From positions 2,795-66,794 of the forward strand of contig CAXNHR010000001.1 in assembly GCA_964202135.1 (NCBI GenBank): DNA of 64,000 bases, read 5' to 3'. Below, piece after piece: positions 11,278 to 20,131 of the stretch (positions are counted from its first letter, which is position 1; every line of letters starts with the position of its first letter). The DNA comes from Luteolibacter sp. (lineage in GTDB: Bacteria; Verrucomicrobiota; Verrucomicrobiia; Verrucomicrobiales; Akkermansiaceae). The notes under the pieces were generated by a model that made no database searches, was not told the DNA's origin, and saw only the letters and a list, made by a program, of their open reading frames with translations. The position numbers were made by a program, and so were the translations under genes.

Positions 11278-12729
11278 ATGTTCCCAAGACTCTCCCTGAT
11301 TTTCATCTTCGCCACGGCCGCACTTACCGCAGAGCCCGCGGATTCCGATGTCTATCGCTCGGTGCTGCGCATTGAGGCAGCCACACAGGTGCCCGATTAC
11401 GAAACCCCTTGGAATTCCGGCCGCTTCGGCGGTGGCATCGGCACAGGGTTCATCATCGGCCACAACAGGATACTGACCAACGCCCACGTCGTTTCCAATG
11501 CGCGCCGCCTGCTCATCACTGTGCACGGCAGCCCTGTCAAATATCCCGCCAAAGTCGAGCATATCGCCCACGATAGCGATCTCGCACTGCTCTCGGTAGA
11601 GGATTTTACGGACTTCGAATCGTTTCCACGCTTCGAATTCGGCGAGGTGCCCGCACTTGAATCACAAGTGCGCGTGATCGGCTACCCCATCGGCGGCGAC
11701 CGCCTGTCCGTCACCCGCGGAGTGGTCTCGCGCATCGACTTCCAGCCATATTCGCACTCACGCATCGACTCCCACCTGGTGGTGCAGATCGACGCCGCCA
11801 TCAACCCCGGAAACTCCGGCGGCCCCGTCCTGCAGGACGGCAAGGTGGTGGGCGTGGCCTTCCAGGGCATGCGCCAGGCGGACAACACAGGATACATCAT
11901 CCCCACGCCCGTGATCCGGCGTTTCCTCAAGGACATCGAAGACGGAAGTTATGACCAATATGTGGATCTCGGCATCACCGAGTTCGCGCTGCACAATCCG
12001 GCGATGCGCAAGGCGCTCGGCCTGCCCGATGACAACATGGGAGTGCTCATCACCAACGTGGTGCCCACCAGCTCGGCGGATGGTTTCCTGCAACCCGGCG
12101 ACGTGCTGCTCTCGCTCAACGGCAACATGGTGGACAGCGCCGGCATGGTCACCATCGATGGCGAGAAAACCAATTTCAACGAAGTGGTGGAACGCAAGTT
12201 CGCCGGTGAGAAGGTAGCCGTGCGCTTCATGCGCGCCGGCTCTTGGAATGATGTGGAGATCGAGTTGAAGCCGCTGCCGTGGTCGCGGCTGTATGCCATC
12301 AAGTATGAGAAGAAGCCGCGCTACATGGTATTCGCCGGTCTGGTTTTCCAACCGCTCGATACCAATCTCTTCGCCGCATCCAAGTTTGATGATGTCACCG
12401 TGCGCCGCATCTACACGGATTACATCCCCAAGGGACTGTTCCAGAAACATCGGGACATCGTCATGCTCACCCGCGTCGAAAGCGATCCCGTGACCAGCCA
12501 GCTCGGTGACTTCGCCGGCTTTGCCGTGGACAAGATCAACGGCGTGGAAGTGACCGATCTCAAACACGCATACGAACTGCTCCATCCGCAGGAAACCCCG
12601 GAGTTTCATGTCATCGAACTCTTCGGAGCCAGTCGCCCGGTGGTGATCCCTTCGGCCTCCGTCGAGGAGGCCAACGAGCGCGTTGCCAAAAACTACGGAA
12701 TCAGCAGCCTCACCAACTTCGAGGAGTGA
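11278..12729 (+). CDS. Trypsin-like serine protease with PDZ domains (Deg2-like)
   Basis: LTNAHVV, DLALL, AAINPGNSGGP; signal peptide from ATG 11278. Confidence 0.92.
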   Translation: MFPRLSLIFIFATAALTAEPADSDVYRSVLRIEAATQVPDYETPWNSGRFGGGIGTGFIIGHNRILTNAHVVSNARRLLITVHGSPVKYPAKVEHIAHDSDLALLSVEDFTDFESFPRFEFGEVPALESQVRVIGYPIGGDRLSVTRGVVSRIDFQPYSHSRIDSHLVVQIDAAINPGNSGGPVLQDGKVVGVAFQGMRQADNTGYIIPTPVIRRFLKDIEDGSYDQYVDLGITEFALHNPAMRKALGLPDDNMGVLITNVVPTSSADGFLQPGDVLLSLNGNMVDSAGMVTIDGEKTNFNEVVERKFAGEKVAVRFMRAGSWNDVEIELKPLPWSRLYAIKYEKKPRYMVFAGLVFQPLDTNLFAASKFDDVTVRRIYTDYIPKGLFQKHRDIVMLTRVESDPVTSQLGDFAGFAVDKINGVEVTDLKHAYELLHPQETPEFHVIELFGASRPVVIPSASVEEANERVAKNYGISSLTNFEE

Positions 12730-12731
12730 TC

Positions 12732-13229
12732 ATGCCACGGGCAGGCATCGCACTGGGTTCGAACCTTGGCGACCGTCTTGCCAACCTGCGGGCCGCCATC
12801 TCCTGCCTGCGTGAAATCGCGATTCCAGCCGCGCCCATGCTTCGCGCACCCATCTATCAAACCGAGCCACGCTTCTGCCCGCCCGGCTCACCGCAGTTTC
12901 TTAACACCGTTGTCGAGATCGACTTCGAAGGCAGCCCGCTGGAATTGTTAGAAAAAACCCGGGCGATGGAGATCCGCCTCGGCCGTCTGCGCGGCACGGA
13001 ACGCAACGCACCGCGCACCATCGATATCGATCTGCTTTATCTCGGTTCCGAAACCTGCGACCATTCCGAGCTCACCCTGCCGCACCCGCGGATCGGAGAT
13101 AGGCGCTTCGTGCTGCAACCGCTGGCCGACATCCGCCCGGAGCTCATTCTCCCCGGCCAGCGCCATACGGTGCGCGAAATGCTCGCGCTCTTGGCCACCG
13201 ACGAAGCGCCGCTGGTGCGATTTGAGTAG
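12732..13229 (+). CDS. folK: 2-amino-4-hydroxy-6-hydroxymethyldihydropteridine diphosphokinase
   Basis: IALGSNLG, FLN, PRTIDIDLL, LPHPR, RRFVLQPL. Confidence 0.95.
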   Translation: MPRAGIALGSNLGDRLANLRAAISCLREIAIPAAPMLRAPIYQTEPRFCPPGSPQFLNTVVEIDFEGSPLELLEKTRAMEIRLGRLRGTERNAPRTIDIDLLYLGSETCDHSELTLPHPRIGDRRFVLQPLADIRPELILPGQRHTVREMLALLATDEAPLVRFE

Positions 13230-13328
13230 AAGTTCTGATCGTGCTGGAACATTTGGGGTCACCCATACTGGCTGGATGGTCGGCACCCGGGGTTGACGCG
13301 GCGGGTTTCGTGGCTACAGCTATGCGCC

Positions 13329-13889
13329 ATGCAAGCCGACAACGATCCGCCCCAAGCCGCTGAAGAACAGCCCCTGGAAACCACTGAAACCGAGAGCACT
13401 CTGGAAAACCCGGACCTCGATCCATGGGAGGAACTCGAGGCCGATGTCGCGAAATGGAAGGAACTCTCGCTGCGCACGGCCGCGGAAATGGACAACCTCC
13501 GCAAGCGCACCGCCCGCGAACGAGAGGAGGCCATCCGCTACGCCAACCAACGCCTGCTCGAAGAACTCCTGCCGGTGATCGACAACTTCGAGATGGGCAT
13601 GCAGGCAGCCGCCCAGGACACTTCCTCCATGATCTACATCGGCATGGACATGGTGCGCCGCCAGCTCAACGAATTCCTCACCGCCCAAGGCGTCCTGGAA
13701 ATCGACACCAGCGGCCTGTTTGACCCCAATCTGCACGACGCCGTGGCCCAGGAAGACTGCGCCGCCGGCGAGGAAGGCCGCATCCTGCGCGTCACCCGCC
13801 GCGGTTTCAAACTCCGCGACCGCCTGCTCCGCCCCGCCGGCGTGGTGGTTTCCAGACTTCCAGCCCCTGCGGAAGGAGGCGCTGCTTAA
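13329..13889 (+). CDS. grpE: Nucleotide exchange factor GrpE
   Basis: AEMDNLRKR, LLPVIDN, FDPNLHDA, LLRPA; adjacent to dnaJ. Confidence 0.95.
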   Translation: MQADNDPPQAAEEQPLETTETESTLENPDLDPWEELEADVAKWKELSLRTAAEMDNLRKRTAREREEAIRYANQRLLEELLPVIDNFEMGMQAAAQDTSSMIYIGMDMVRRQLNEFLTAQGVLEIDTSGLFDPNLHDAVAQEDCAAGEEGRILRVTRRGFKLRDRLLRPAGVVVSRLPAPAEGGAA

Positions 13890-13895
13890 TTTCCC

Positions 13896-15026
13896 ATGGC
13901 TGAGAAACGCGACTATTACGAAGTGCTCGGCGTCCCGCGCGATGCCGGGGCCGACGAAATCAAAAAAGCCTACCGCAAGCTGGCGGTGAAATTCCACCCG
14001 GACAAGAACCCGGGCGATCACACGGCCGAAGACAAGTTCAAGGAACTCGGCGAAGCCTACGAGGCCCTCAGCGATCCGGACAAGCGCGCCGCCTACGACC
14101 GCTACGGCCACGCCGCATTCCAGAATGGCGGCAGCGGACGTGCCGGCGGCGGTTTCCACGATCCGATGGATATCTTCTCGCAGATCTTCGGAGGCGGTTT
14201 CGACGAGTTCTTCGGCGGCGGCGGCACCCGCCGCAAGGGCTCTGGAAAACAACGCGGCAGCGATCTGCGCTACGACCTCGAAATCACCCTCGAAGAAGCC
14301 GCCCGCGGCGTGGAGAAGGAACTCGAAATCGAGCGCTACGTTCCTTGCGATTCCTGTGGCGCCAAAGGCACCAAAGGCTCCGGCGGCGTGAAAGCCTGCT
14401 CGACCTGCGGCGGCCGCGGAGTCGTCGCCCGCCAAGCCGGTATTTTCATCCAGCAAACCACCTGCCCCGAATGCCGGGGCGCGGGCGAAACCATCTCCGA
14501 TCCCTGCAACAGCTGCCGCGGCGAAGGCCGAGTCCAACGTGAGAGCCGCATCAAGCTGCGCATCCCCGCCGGCGTGGATACCGGCACCCGCCTGCGCTCA
14601 TCAGGCAATGGCGATGCCGGTGTGCGCGGTGGTTCCGCTGGCGATCTCTACGTCTTTCTCCACGTCAAGGACCACGACGTCTTCGAGCGGGACGACGCGG
14701 ACTTGTTCTGCGAGGTCCCCCTGCCCTTCTCCACCGCAGCGCTCGGCGGCGAACTCAAGGTCCCCTCGCTCGATGGCCAGTCCTCGATCAAAATCCCCCC
14801 CGGCACCCAGGGCGGCACGGTTTTCCGCCTCCGCGAAAAAGGCATGCCCGGCCTTTCCAACAGCCGCCGCGGCGATCTCAACGTGCGCGTCCAGGTGGAA
14901 GTCCCCACCAAGCTCAGCCACGACCAACAGGAAAAACTCCGCGCCTTCTCCGAATCCATCGGTGATCACAACTCACCGATGCAGGAAGGGTTCCTGCAAA
15001 AGGCGAAGCGGTTTTTTGATCTGTAG
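13896..15026 (+). CDS. dnaJ: Chaperone DnaJ
   Basis: J-domain HPD, G/F region, four CxxCxGxG-type repeats. Confidence 0.97.
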   Translation: MAEKRDYYEVLGVPRDAGADEIKKAYRKLAVKFHPDKNPGDHTAEDKFKELGEAYEALSDPDKRAAYDRYGHAAFQNGGSGRAGGGFHDPMDIFSQIFGGGFDEFFGGGGTRRKGSGKQRGSDLRYDLEITLEEAARGVEKELEIERYVPCDSCGAKGTKGSGGVKACSTCGGRGVVARQAGIFIQQTTCPECRGAGETISDPCNSCRGEGRVQRESRIKLRIPAGVDTGTRLRSSGNGDAGVRGGSAGDLYVFLHVKDHDVFERDDADLFCEVPLPFSTAALGGELKVPSLDGQSSIKIPPGTQGGTVFRLREKGMPGLSNSRRGDLNVRVQVEVPTKLSHDQQEKLRAFSESIGDHNSPMQEGFLQKAKRFFDL

Positions 15027-15028
15027 AA

Positions 15029-15148
15029 AAGACACAAGACTTCAAGACACAAGACTTCAAGACACAGGACGCAAGAGACGAGGACATTCTCAGGATGTTT
15101 CTTGTTCATTTTCTTCTTGAGTATTGACGTCTTGCGTCTTGAGTCTTT
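15029..15148. repeat. Inverted heptamer arrays (CAAGACN)n ... (NGTCTTG)n between dnaJ and the antitoxin gene
   Basis: gacacaagacttcaagacacaagacttcaagacac ... gacgtcttgcgtcttgagtctt. Confidence 0.9.
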
Positions 15149-15152
15149 GCCC

Positions 15153-15350
15153 ATGCCCTCAGCCGAGAAAAACACTTCCATCAAGAAGGCGGCTGCTCAG
15201 TTGGTCCGCCAATTGCCGGAATCCGCCAGTTGGGATGATCTGATGTATGAAATCCTTGTTCGCCAGAAGATCGAGGCAGGTCTGACCGATTTGCGTGACG
15301 GGCGCAAACATGACCATGCATCGATCCGTCGCGAGTTCGGCATGGCATGA
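15153..15350 (+). CDS. Putative antitoxin of a RelE/ParE toxin-antitoxin pair
   Basis: 65 aa, LPESASWDDLMYEILVRQKIEAGL; ATGA overlap with the toxin. Confidence 0.75.
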   Translation: MPSAEKNTSIKKAAAQLVRQLPESASWDDLMYEILVRQKIEAGLTDLRDGRKHDHASIRREFGMA

Positions 15351-15640
15351 CTCTCATCTGGTCAGAACAGGCGCGGCGCGACCTGTGTGCCATTCGGGAT
15401 TTCATCGCCCATGACTCGGAGCATTATGCGCGATTGCAGATGGAGCGAATCATCTCACGGGGCGAGCGCACCGCCACAATGCCTACAAAGGGACATCCTG
15501 TTCACGAATTCATGGAGTCCGGGTTGCGCGAAGTCCACGAAGGTTCTTATCGCATCATCTACCGCATTGATGACGAAGAACTGCAAGTGGTCACCATCGT
15601 TCACATGAAACAGCGCGTCACGAGGAGGCACTTGCGATAA
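15347..15640 (+). CDS. RelE/ParE family toxin
   Basis: LIWSEQARRDL..I..FIA ... LREVHEGSYRIIYRI ... VTIVH. Confidence 0.88.
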   Translation: MTLIWSEQARRDLCAIRDFIAHDSEHYARLQMERIISRGERTATMPTKGHPVHEFMESGLREVHEGSYRIIYRIDDEELQVVTIVHMKQRVTRRHLR

Positions 15641-15653
15641 AATCCCAACTTGA

Positions 15654-15691
15654 ATCTTGCAGTCTTGCGTCTTGAGTCTTCCCCCATGCCC
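15654..15691 (+). repeat. Second copy of the GTCTTG array plus ATGCCC; direct repeat of 15129..15158
   Basis: gtcttgcgtcttgagtcttcccccatgccc vs gtcttgcgtcttgagtctttgcccatgccc (28/30 identical). Confidence 0.9.
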
Positions 15692-16402
15692 CGCTTCCAC
15701 CTTCCACCCGAATGCTGGCTATCCGGAGTCCTCACCGGTGACGAGGCGCGCCACCTCTCGCAGGTGCTGCGCATCAAGCCCGGTGAAACGGTCACCGTCT
15801 TCGATGGCTGCGGCCGCCGCGCCGCGGCGGAGGTTCTAACAGGTTCACGTGACCAAGTTTCCCTCCAAATCGGCGATGCTCTAACACCTCCTGCACCGCT
15901 GCCCGCCATCACCTTGGCGCAGGCGATTCCCAAGGGCAAAAACATGGACCTCATCGTCCAGAAAGCCGTCGAACTCGGCATTGCCGCCATCCAGCCGCTC
16001 GTCACGAAGAACACCATCGTCCACCCCGGCGAGGGCAAGTCCGAAAAGTGGCGGCGCACCGCGCTCGAAGCCTGCAAACAATGCGGCCAGGACACCCTGC
16101 CCGCCATCGCCGATCCCCTGCCCTTCGACCGCTGGCTCGCCAACCAAACGGAAGCCACCGGCCTCAAGCTCATCGCCTCCCTCGCTCCCGGCGCGAAGCC
16201 GCTGCGTGAAGTCCTCCGCGCCCATCCCGGCACCACCGCCGCCACGCTGTTAGTCGGCCCGGAGGGCGATTTCACATCAGAGGAAACCCGACAAGCGCTC
16301 GACGCCGGGTTTCTTCCCGTCTCGCTCGGCGAGATCGTCCTGCGCGTGGAAACCGCCACGCTCTTCTGCCTCTCAGCGCTGCGCTACGAGTTTTCCGAGT
16401 GA
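15686..16402 (+). CDS. rsmE: 16S rRNA m3U1498 methyltransferase
   Basis: HLSQVLR, QKAVELG, EACKQCG, VGPEGDF, LGEIVLRVETA. Confidence 0.95.
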   Translation: MPRFHLPPECWLSGVLTGDEARHLSQVLRIKPGETVTVFDGCGRRAAAEVLTGSRDQVSLQIGDALTPPAPLPAITLAQAIPKGKNMDLIVQKAVELGIAAIQPLVTKNTIVHPGEGKSEKWRRTALEACKQCGQDTLPAIADPLPFDRWLANQTEATGLKLIASLAPGAKPLREVLRAHPGTTAATLLVGPEGDFTSEETRQALDAGFLPVSLGEIVLRVETATLFCLSALRYEFSE

Positions 16403-16408
16403 GGGAAT

Positions 16409-17008
16409 TCACCCCCGCATGCGCGCCGCCCTCATCCGCTCCGCGGTGACCAGCGCGAGGAAGCGCGCGTAGTCCTCTTCGCGGGTGGAAGATAGCAACA
16501 CATAACTGTATTCGCGCCAGTGGCTCATTTCATCGAGCGCGTTGACCATGCGCAGGGCGATCACCTCGGCGCTGTCGGTGTTGCGACCCGAGAGCCGGGC
16601 GCGCAGTTCCTCCTCGCCGGGCGGCATCACGAACAGGTCCACGAAAGCCAGCCGGATCAGCGGGTCCGCGCAGTTGCGGATTTGTGCCGCGCCCTGCACG
16701 TCGATGTCCATCACCATGTCCACTCCGGCATCGAGGTGGGAGAGCACCTCGGATTTGAGCGAACCATAAAGGTTTCCGTGCACCTCGGCGTGCTCCAGGA
16801 AATCCCCGGCAGCAAGCCGCGCCTCGAAGTCGGCCCGTGCGAGAAAATGATAATCCCGCCCGTCCAGCTCGCCCGGCCGCGGCGGGCGTGTGGTGCAGGA
16901 AATTGAGTATCGGACGTCGCCCGAATCCGCCAAACGGCGGCAAAGCGTGGTTTTCCCCGACCCCGAGGGGCCGGATACGACAAGAAGCATCCCGGTGCGC
17001 GCGGACAT
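16409..17008 (-). CDS. gmk: Guanylate kinase
   Basis: SGPSGSGKTT, SISCTTRPPRPGE, DIDVQGA. Confidence 0.95.
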   Translation of the reverse strand: MSARTGMLLVVSGPSGSGKTTLCRRLADSGDVRYSISCTTRPPRPGELDGRDYHFLARADFEARLAAGDFLEHAEVHGNLYGSLKSEVLSHLDAGVDMVMDIDVQGAAQIRNCADPLIRLAFVDLFVMPPGEEELRARLSGRNTDSAEVIALRMVNALDEMSHWREYSYVLLSSTREEDYARFLALVTAERMRAARMRG

Positions 17009-17113
17009 GCGGCGATCATGAGGATGCGCGCGCGGCTGGCAAACAGAGAAGTGCGCGGCACGATGGAAATCCCCGCTTGCCGGAGGCCGCCGCCCCACCA
17101 CATGCTCACGCCA

Positions 17114-17605
17114 ATGAATGAGGAAAATTCGTTGTGGAAAGACCACTCGTCACAGTGGCTCAATTTGGGTGCCTATGCCGTATCGGCAGTGGTGGCTGCG
17201 GGCATCATCATCGGCGGCATGGCATTTCCGCCGGCCTTCGCCGCCTTGGCCGTGCCCTTGCTCTACGTGCTGTGGAAATACCTGGTCGTGCGCACCCGCG
17301 TATTTGAACTCACCTGCGAGCGACTGCGCATCACCAGCGGCGTGATCAACCAGCACATCGATGAGATCGAACTCTATCGGGTGAAGGACACGCTGGTCCT
17401 GCGCCCTTGGTGGATGCGCCTCACCGGACTGGCCTCCGTCTCGCTGGAAACCTCGGACCGCTCGCTTCCAAGCCTCGTCATCCCCGCCATCCGCGATGGT
17501 TTGAAGATGCGCGAAATCCTCCGCAAGCAGGTCGAAACGCAGCGCGACAAGAAACGAGTGCGCGAAATGGACTTCGACGAAGTCGGCGACGGCGGCATCG
17601 CTTGA
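17114..17605 (+). CDS. Bacterial PH-domain membrane protein
   Basis: Two TM segments, then RLRITSGV...EIELYRVKD. Confidence 0.75.
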   Translation: MNEENSLWKDHSSQWLNLGAYAVSAVVAAGIIIGGMAFPPAFAALAVPLLYVLWKYLVVRTRVFELTCERLRITSGVINQHIDEIELYRVKDTLVLRPWWMRLTGLASVSLETSDRSLPSLVIPAIRDGLKMREILRKQVETQRDKKRVREMDFDEVGDGGIA

Positions 17606-17653
17606 TTCGGAGAAACAATGGAAAATTCGCCGCATCAGGAAAACATTTGCCAT

Positions 17654-17764
17654 ACCGCAAAGCCGCTGAGGCCGCAAAGGGTCGCAGAGAAAATGATTTG
17701 GCGGTTTGACCTCTCCATTTTGTAAGCTCTTTGCGTTCCTTGGCGGCCTTGGCGGCTTTGCGGT
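17654..17764. repeat. Intergenic inverted repeat built from 9-mer CGCAAAG-type units
   Basis: accgcaaagccgctgaggccgcaaagg ... ccttggcggccttggcggctttgcggt. Confidence 0.8.
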
Positions 17765-17867
17765 GAAAATTCCATATTCCGACGCGTCAGCCGCAGGCTG
17801 TCGGGCGCAGGCTGTCGGGCGCAGGCTTGCAATCGGGCGTGATCCACTCCAGTCTCCCCGTCCCACC

Positions 17868-18854
17868 ATGAGCGACAAAGCCCCTTGGATCACCTATCGG
17901 CCGGAACTGAAAGTGCTGGATTGCACCATCCGTGACGGCGGCCTCATCAACAATTCCCGCTTCAGCGACGAGCAGGTGCGCGCGGTCTATCGGGCGTGCA
18001 TCGCCGCCGGCATCGACTACATGGAGATCGGCTACAAGAATGCTCCGGCTTCGTTTCCCAAGGACAAATTCGGCCCGTGGCGGCACTGCGAGGAAGAGGA
18101 CATGCGCCGCGTGGTGGGCGATCACAGCTTCGAGGCCACCGGCCTGAAACTCGCCGCCATGGCCGATGCCGGTGGCAAGAGCGATTGGAAAAACCAGATC
18201 ATTCCGGCCAGGGAGAGCGTGCTGGATGTGATCCGCGTGGCCTGCTATGTGCACCAGATTTCCGAAGCCGTGGAAATGATCGAGCACTGCACCGCGCTCG
18301 GCTACGAGACCACGCTGAACATCATGGCCATCTCGGTGGTGGCCGATAACGAGATCGACCAGGCGCTGGAGATCGGCGCGCAATCATCCGCCGGAACCGT
18401 CGTCGTGGTGGACAGTTATGGAAACCTCTACCGCGAGCAGATCGATCACCTGGTGCGCAAATACACCAAGGCTGTGGAAGGCACCGGCAAGGAGATCGGC
18501 ATGCACGCCCACAACAACCTCCAGCTCGCCTTTGCCAACACCGTGGAGGCCATCATCCTCGGCGCCAACCGCGTGGACGCCACCATGATGGGCCTCGGCC
18601 GCGGTGCCGGCAACTGCCCGATGGAGATCCTGTTAGGTTTTCTGCGCAATCCGAAGTTCAAGCTGCGCCCGGTCATCGAGTGCATCCAGAACACGATCCT
18701 GCCGATGAAGCACCAGTTTGACTGGGGTCCGTCGATTCCCTACAACATCTCCGGCCAGATGAACCTGCATCCCAAGAGCGCCATGGCATGGCGCGAGGGC
18801 TCCACGCCGGACGATTATCTCGGTTTTTACGATCAGACGATGACCGACGTCTGA
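17868..18854 (+). CDS. DRE-TIM (HMGL-like / 4-hydroxy-2-oxovalerate aldolase-like) catalytic domain protein
   Basis: LDCTIRDGG, VDSYG, GMHAHNN, GLGRGAGN. Confidence 0.85.
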   Translation: MSDKAPWITYRPELKVLDCTIRDGGLINNSRFSDEQVRAVYRACIAAGIDYMEIGYKNAPASFPKDKFGPWRHCEEEDMRRVVGDHSFEATGLKLAAMADAGGKSDWKNQIIPARESVLDVIRVACYVHQISEAVEMIEHCTALGYETTLNIMAISVVADNEIDQALEIGAQSSAGTVVVVDSYGNLYREQIDHLVRKYTKAVEGTGKEIGMHAHNNLQLAFANTVEAIILGANRVDATMMGLGRGAGNCPMEILLGFLRNPKFKLRPVIECIQNTILPMKHQFDWGPSIPYNISGQMNLHPKSAMAWREGSTPDDYLGFYDQTMTDV

Positions 18855-18872
18855 GCCGGCGGCTTTCCCGCG

Positions 18873-19904
18873 CTAAAACAAATCCTGCTGCGGGTCGTCC
18901 GGCCGCGGCGGCGGGGCGGGCGCGCCGATTTTCTGATAGGCCGTGGGCATCGCCATCCGTCCGCGCGGCGTGCGCATCAGGTATCCCTGCATGATGAGAA
19001 ACGGCTCGTGCACCTCCTCGATGGTCGCCGCGTCTTCGCCCACCGCCACTGCCAGCGAGTTGAGCCCCACCGGACCGCCGCCGAACTTGTAGATCAGCAC
19101 CTCCAGCAGGCGCTTGTCCATTTCATCGAGCCCTTGGGAATCGATCTCGATCATCGCCAGCGCGGCATCCGCGATCTTGCCATCGATGCGGCCTGTGCCG
19201 CGCACCTGGGCGAAGTCGCGCACCCAGCGCAGCAGGGCGTTGGCAACCCGCGGCGTGCCGCGCGAGCGCGATGCCACTTCCAGCGCGCCCTCGCGGTCGA
19301 TCGGCACGTCGAGCAGGCCTGCCGAGCGCTCGATGATGAGTGCGAGTTCCTCGTGCGTGTAGTAATCGAGCCGGTTGACCAGACCGAAGCGCGAACGCAG
19401 CGGCGCGGTGAGCATACCCGAGCGGGTGGTGGCACCCACCAGCGTGAAACGCGGCAGGTTGATCTGGATCGAACGCGCGGACGGGCCGGAATCGATGATG
19501 ATGTCCAGCCGGTAGTCCTCCATCGCCGGATAGAGGTATTCCTCGATGGCCGGGTGCAGGCGGTGGATTTCATCGATGAAAAGCACGTCGCCCTTCTGAA
19601 TGTTGGTAAGAATGCCGGCGAGGTCGCCCGCCTTTTCGATCTGCGGGCCGGAGGTGGTGTGGAGCTGGGTGCCGGCGGCTTTGGAAATCAGGTTGGCCAG
19701 CGTGGTTTTGCCGAGACCCGGCGGTCCGGAAAGCAGCACGTGATCCAGCACGTCGCTGCGTTGTTTCGCCGCCTCCAGCATCAGCAGCAGGCGGTCCTTT
19801 ACCTTTTCCTGTCCGATGAATTCCGAAAACGCCGGCGGACGCAGCGAAACATCGAAGGCCGTCGGCGGCGCGGTGGTCGTTTGTTGGTAGAAATTCTCAG
19901 ACAT
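18873..19904 (-). CDS. ruvB: Holliday junction branch migration helicase RuvB
   Basis: [37 protein letters not shown]. Confidence 0.97.
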   Translation of the reverse strand: MSENFYQQTTTAPPTAFDVSLRPPAFSEFIGQEKVKDRLLLMLEAAKQRSDVLDHVLLSGPPGLGKTTLANLISKAAGTQLHTTSGPQIEKAGDLAGILTNIQKGDVLFIDEIHRLHPAIEEYLYPAMEDYRLDIIIDSGPSARSIQINLPRFTLVGATTRSGMLTAPLRSRFGLVNRLDYYTHEELALIIERSAGLLDVPIDREGALEVASRSRGTPRVANALLRWVRDFAQVRGTGRIDGKIADAALAMIEIDSQGLDEMDKRLLEVLIYKFGGGPVGLNSLAVAVGEDAATIEEVHEPFLIMQGYLMRTPRGRMAMPTAYQKIGAPAPPPRPDDPQQDLF

Positions 19905-20131
19905 CGGGCGGACGCGGGACAGTGGAAACCAACAAGGCCCCGGAGAGAAGTGCGGAATTTTTCCGTGAAATTTCCATTCCTTTGGCCTTGCCATGGGTTG
20001 ATCGAGGCCTAGTCTCGCCCTCCGTTTTTCTTTCTCCCACAGGCGGTTGGAGCCCCGGTGCCTGTGAGATTACCTTTCCGGGGCGATGTCGGAAGGAGAA
20101 CGAACCCCTAACCTAACCCCAAACCAATACC

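Noticed and set aside
4225-15691. Heptamer arrays as a CRISPR array
   Set aside because: Period is 7 bp with no unique spacers, and no cas genes are present
17792-17827. 14-bp tandem repeat cgcaggctgtcggg x2.5
   Set aside because: Real but short and isolated; likely a local slippage duplication
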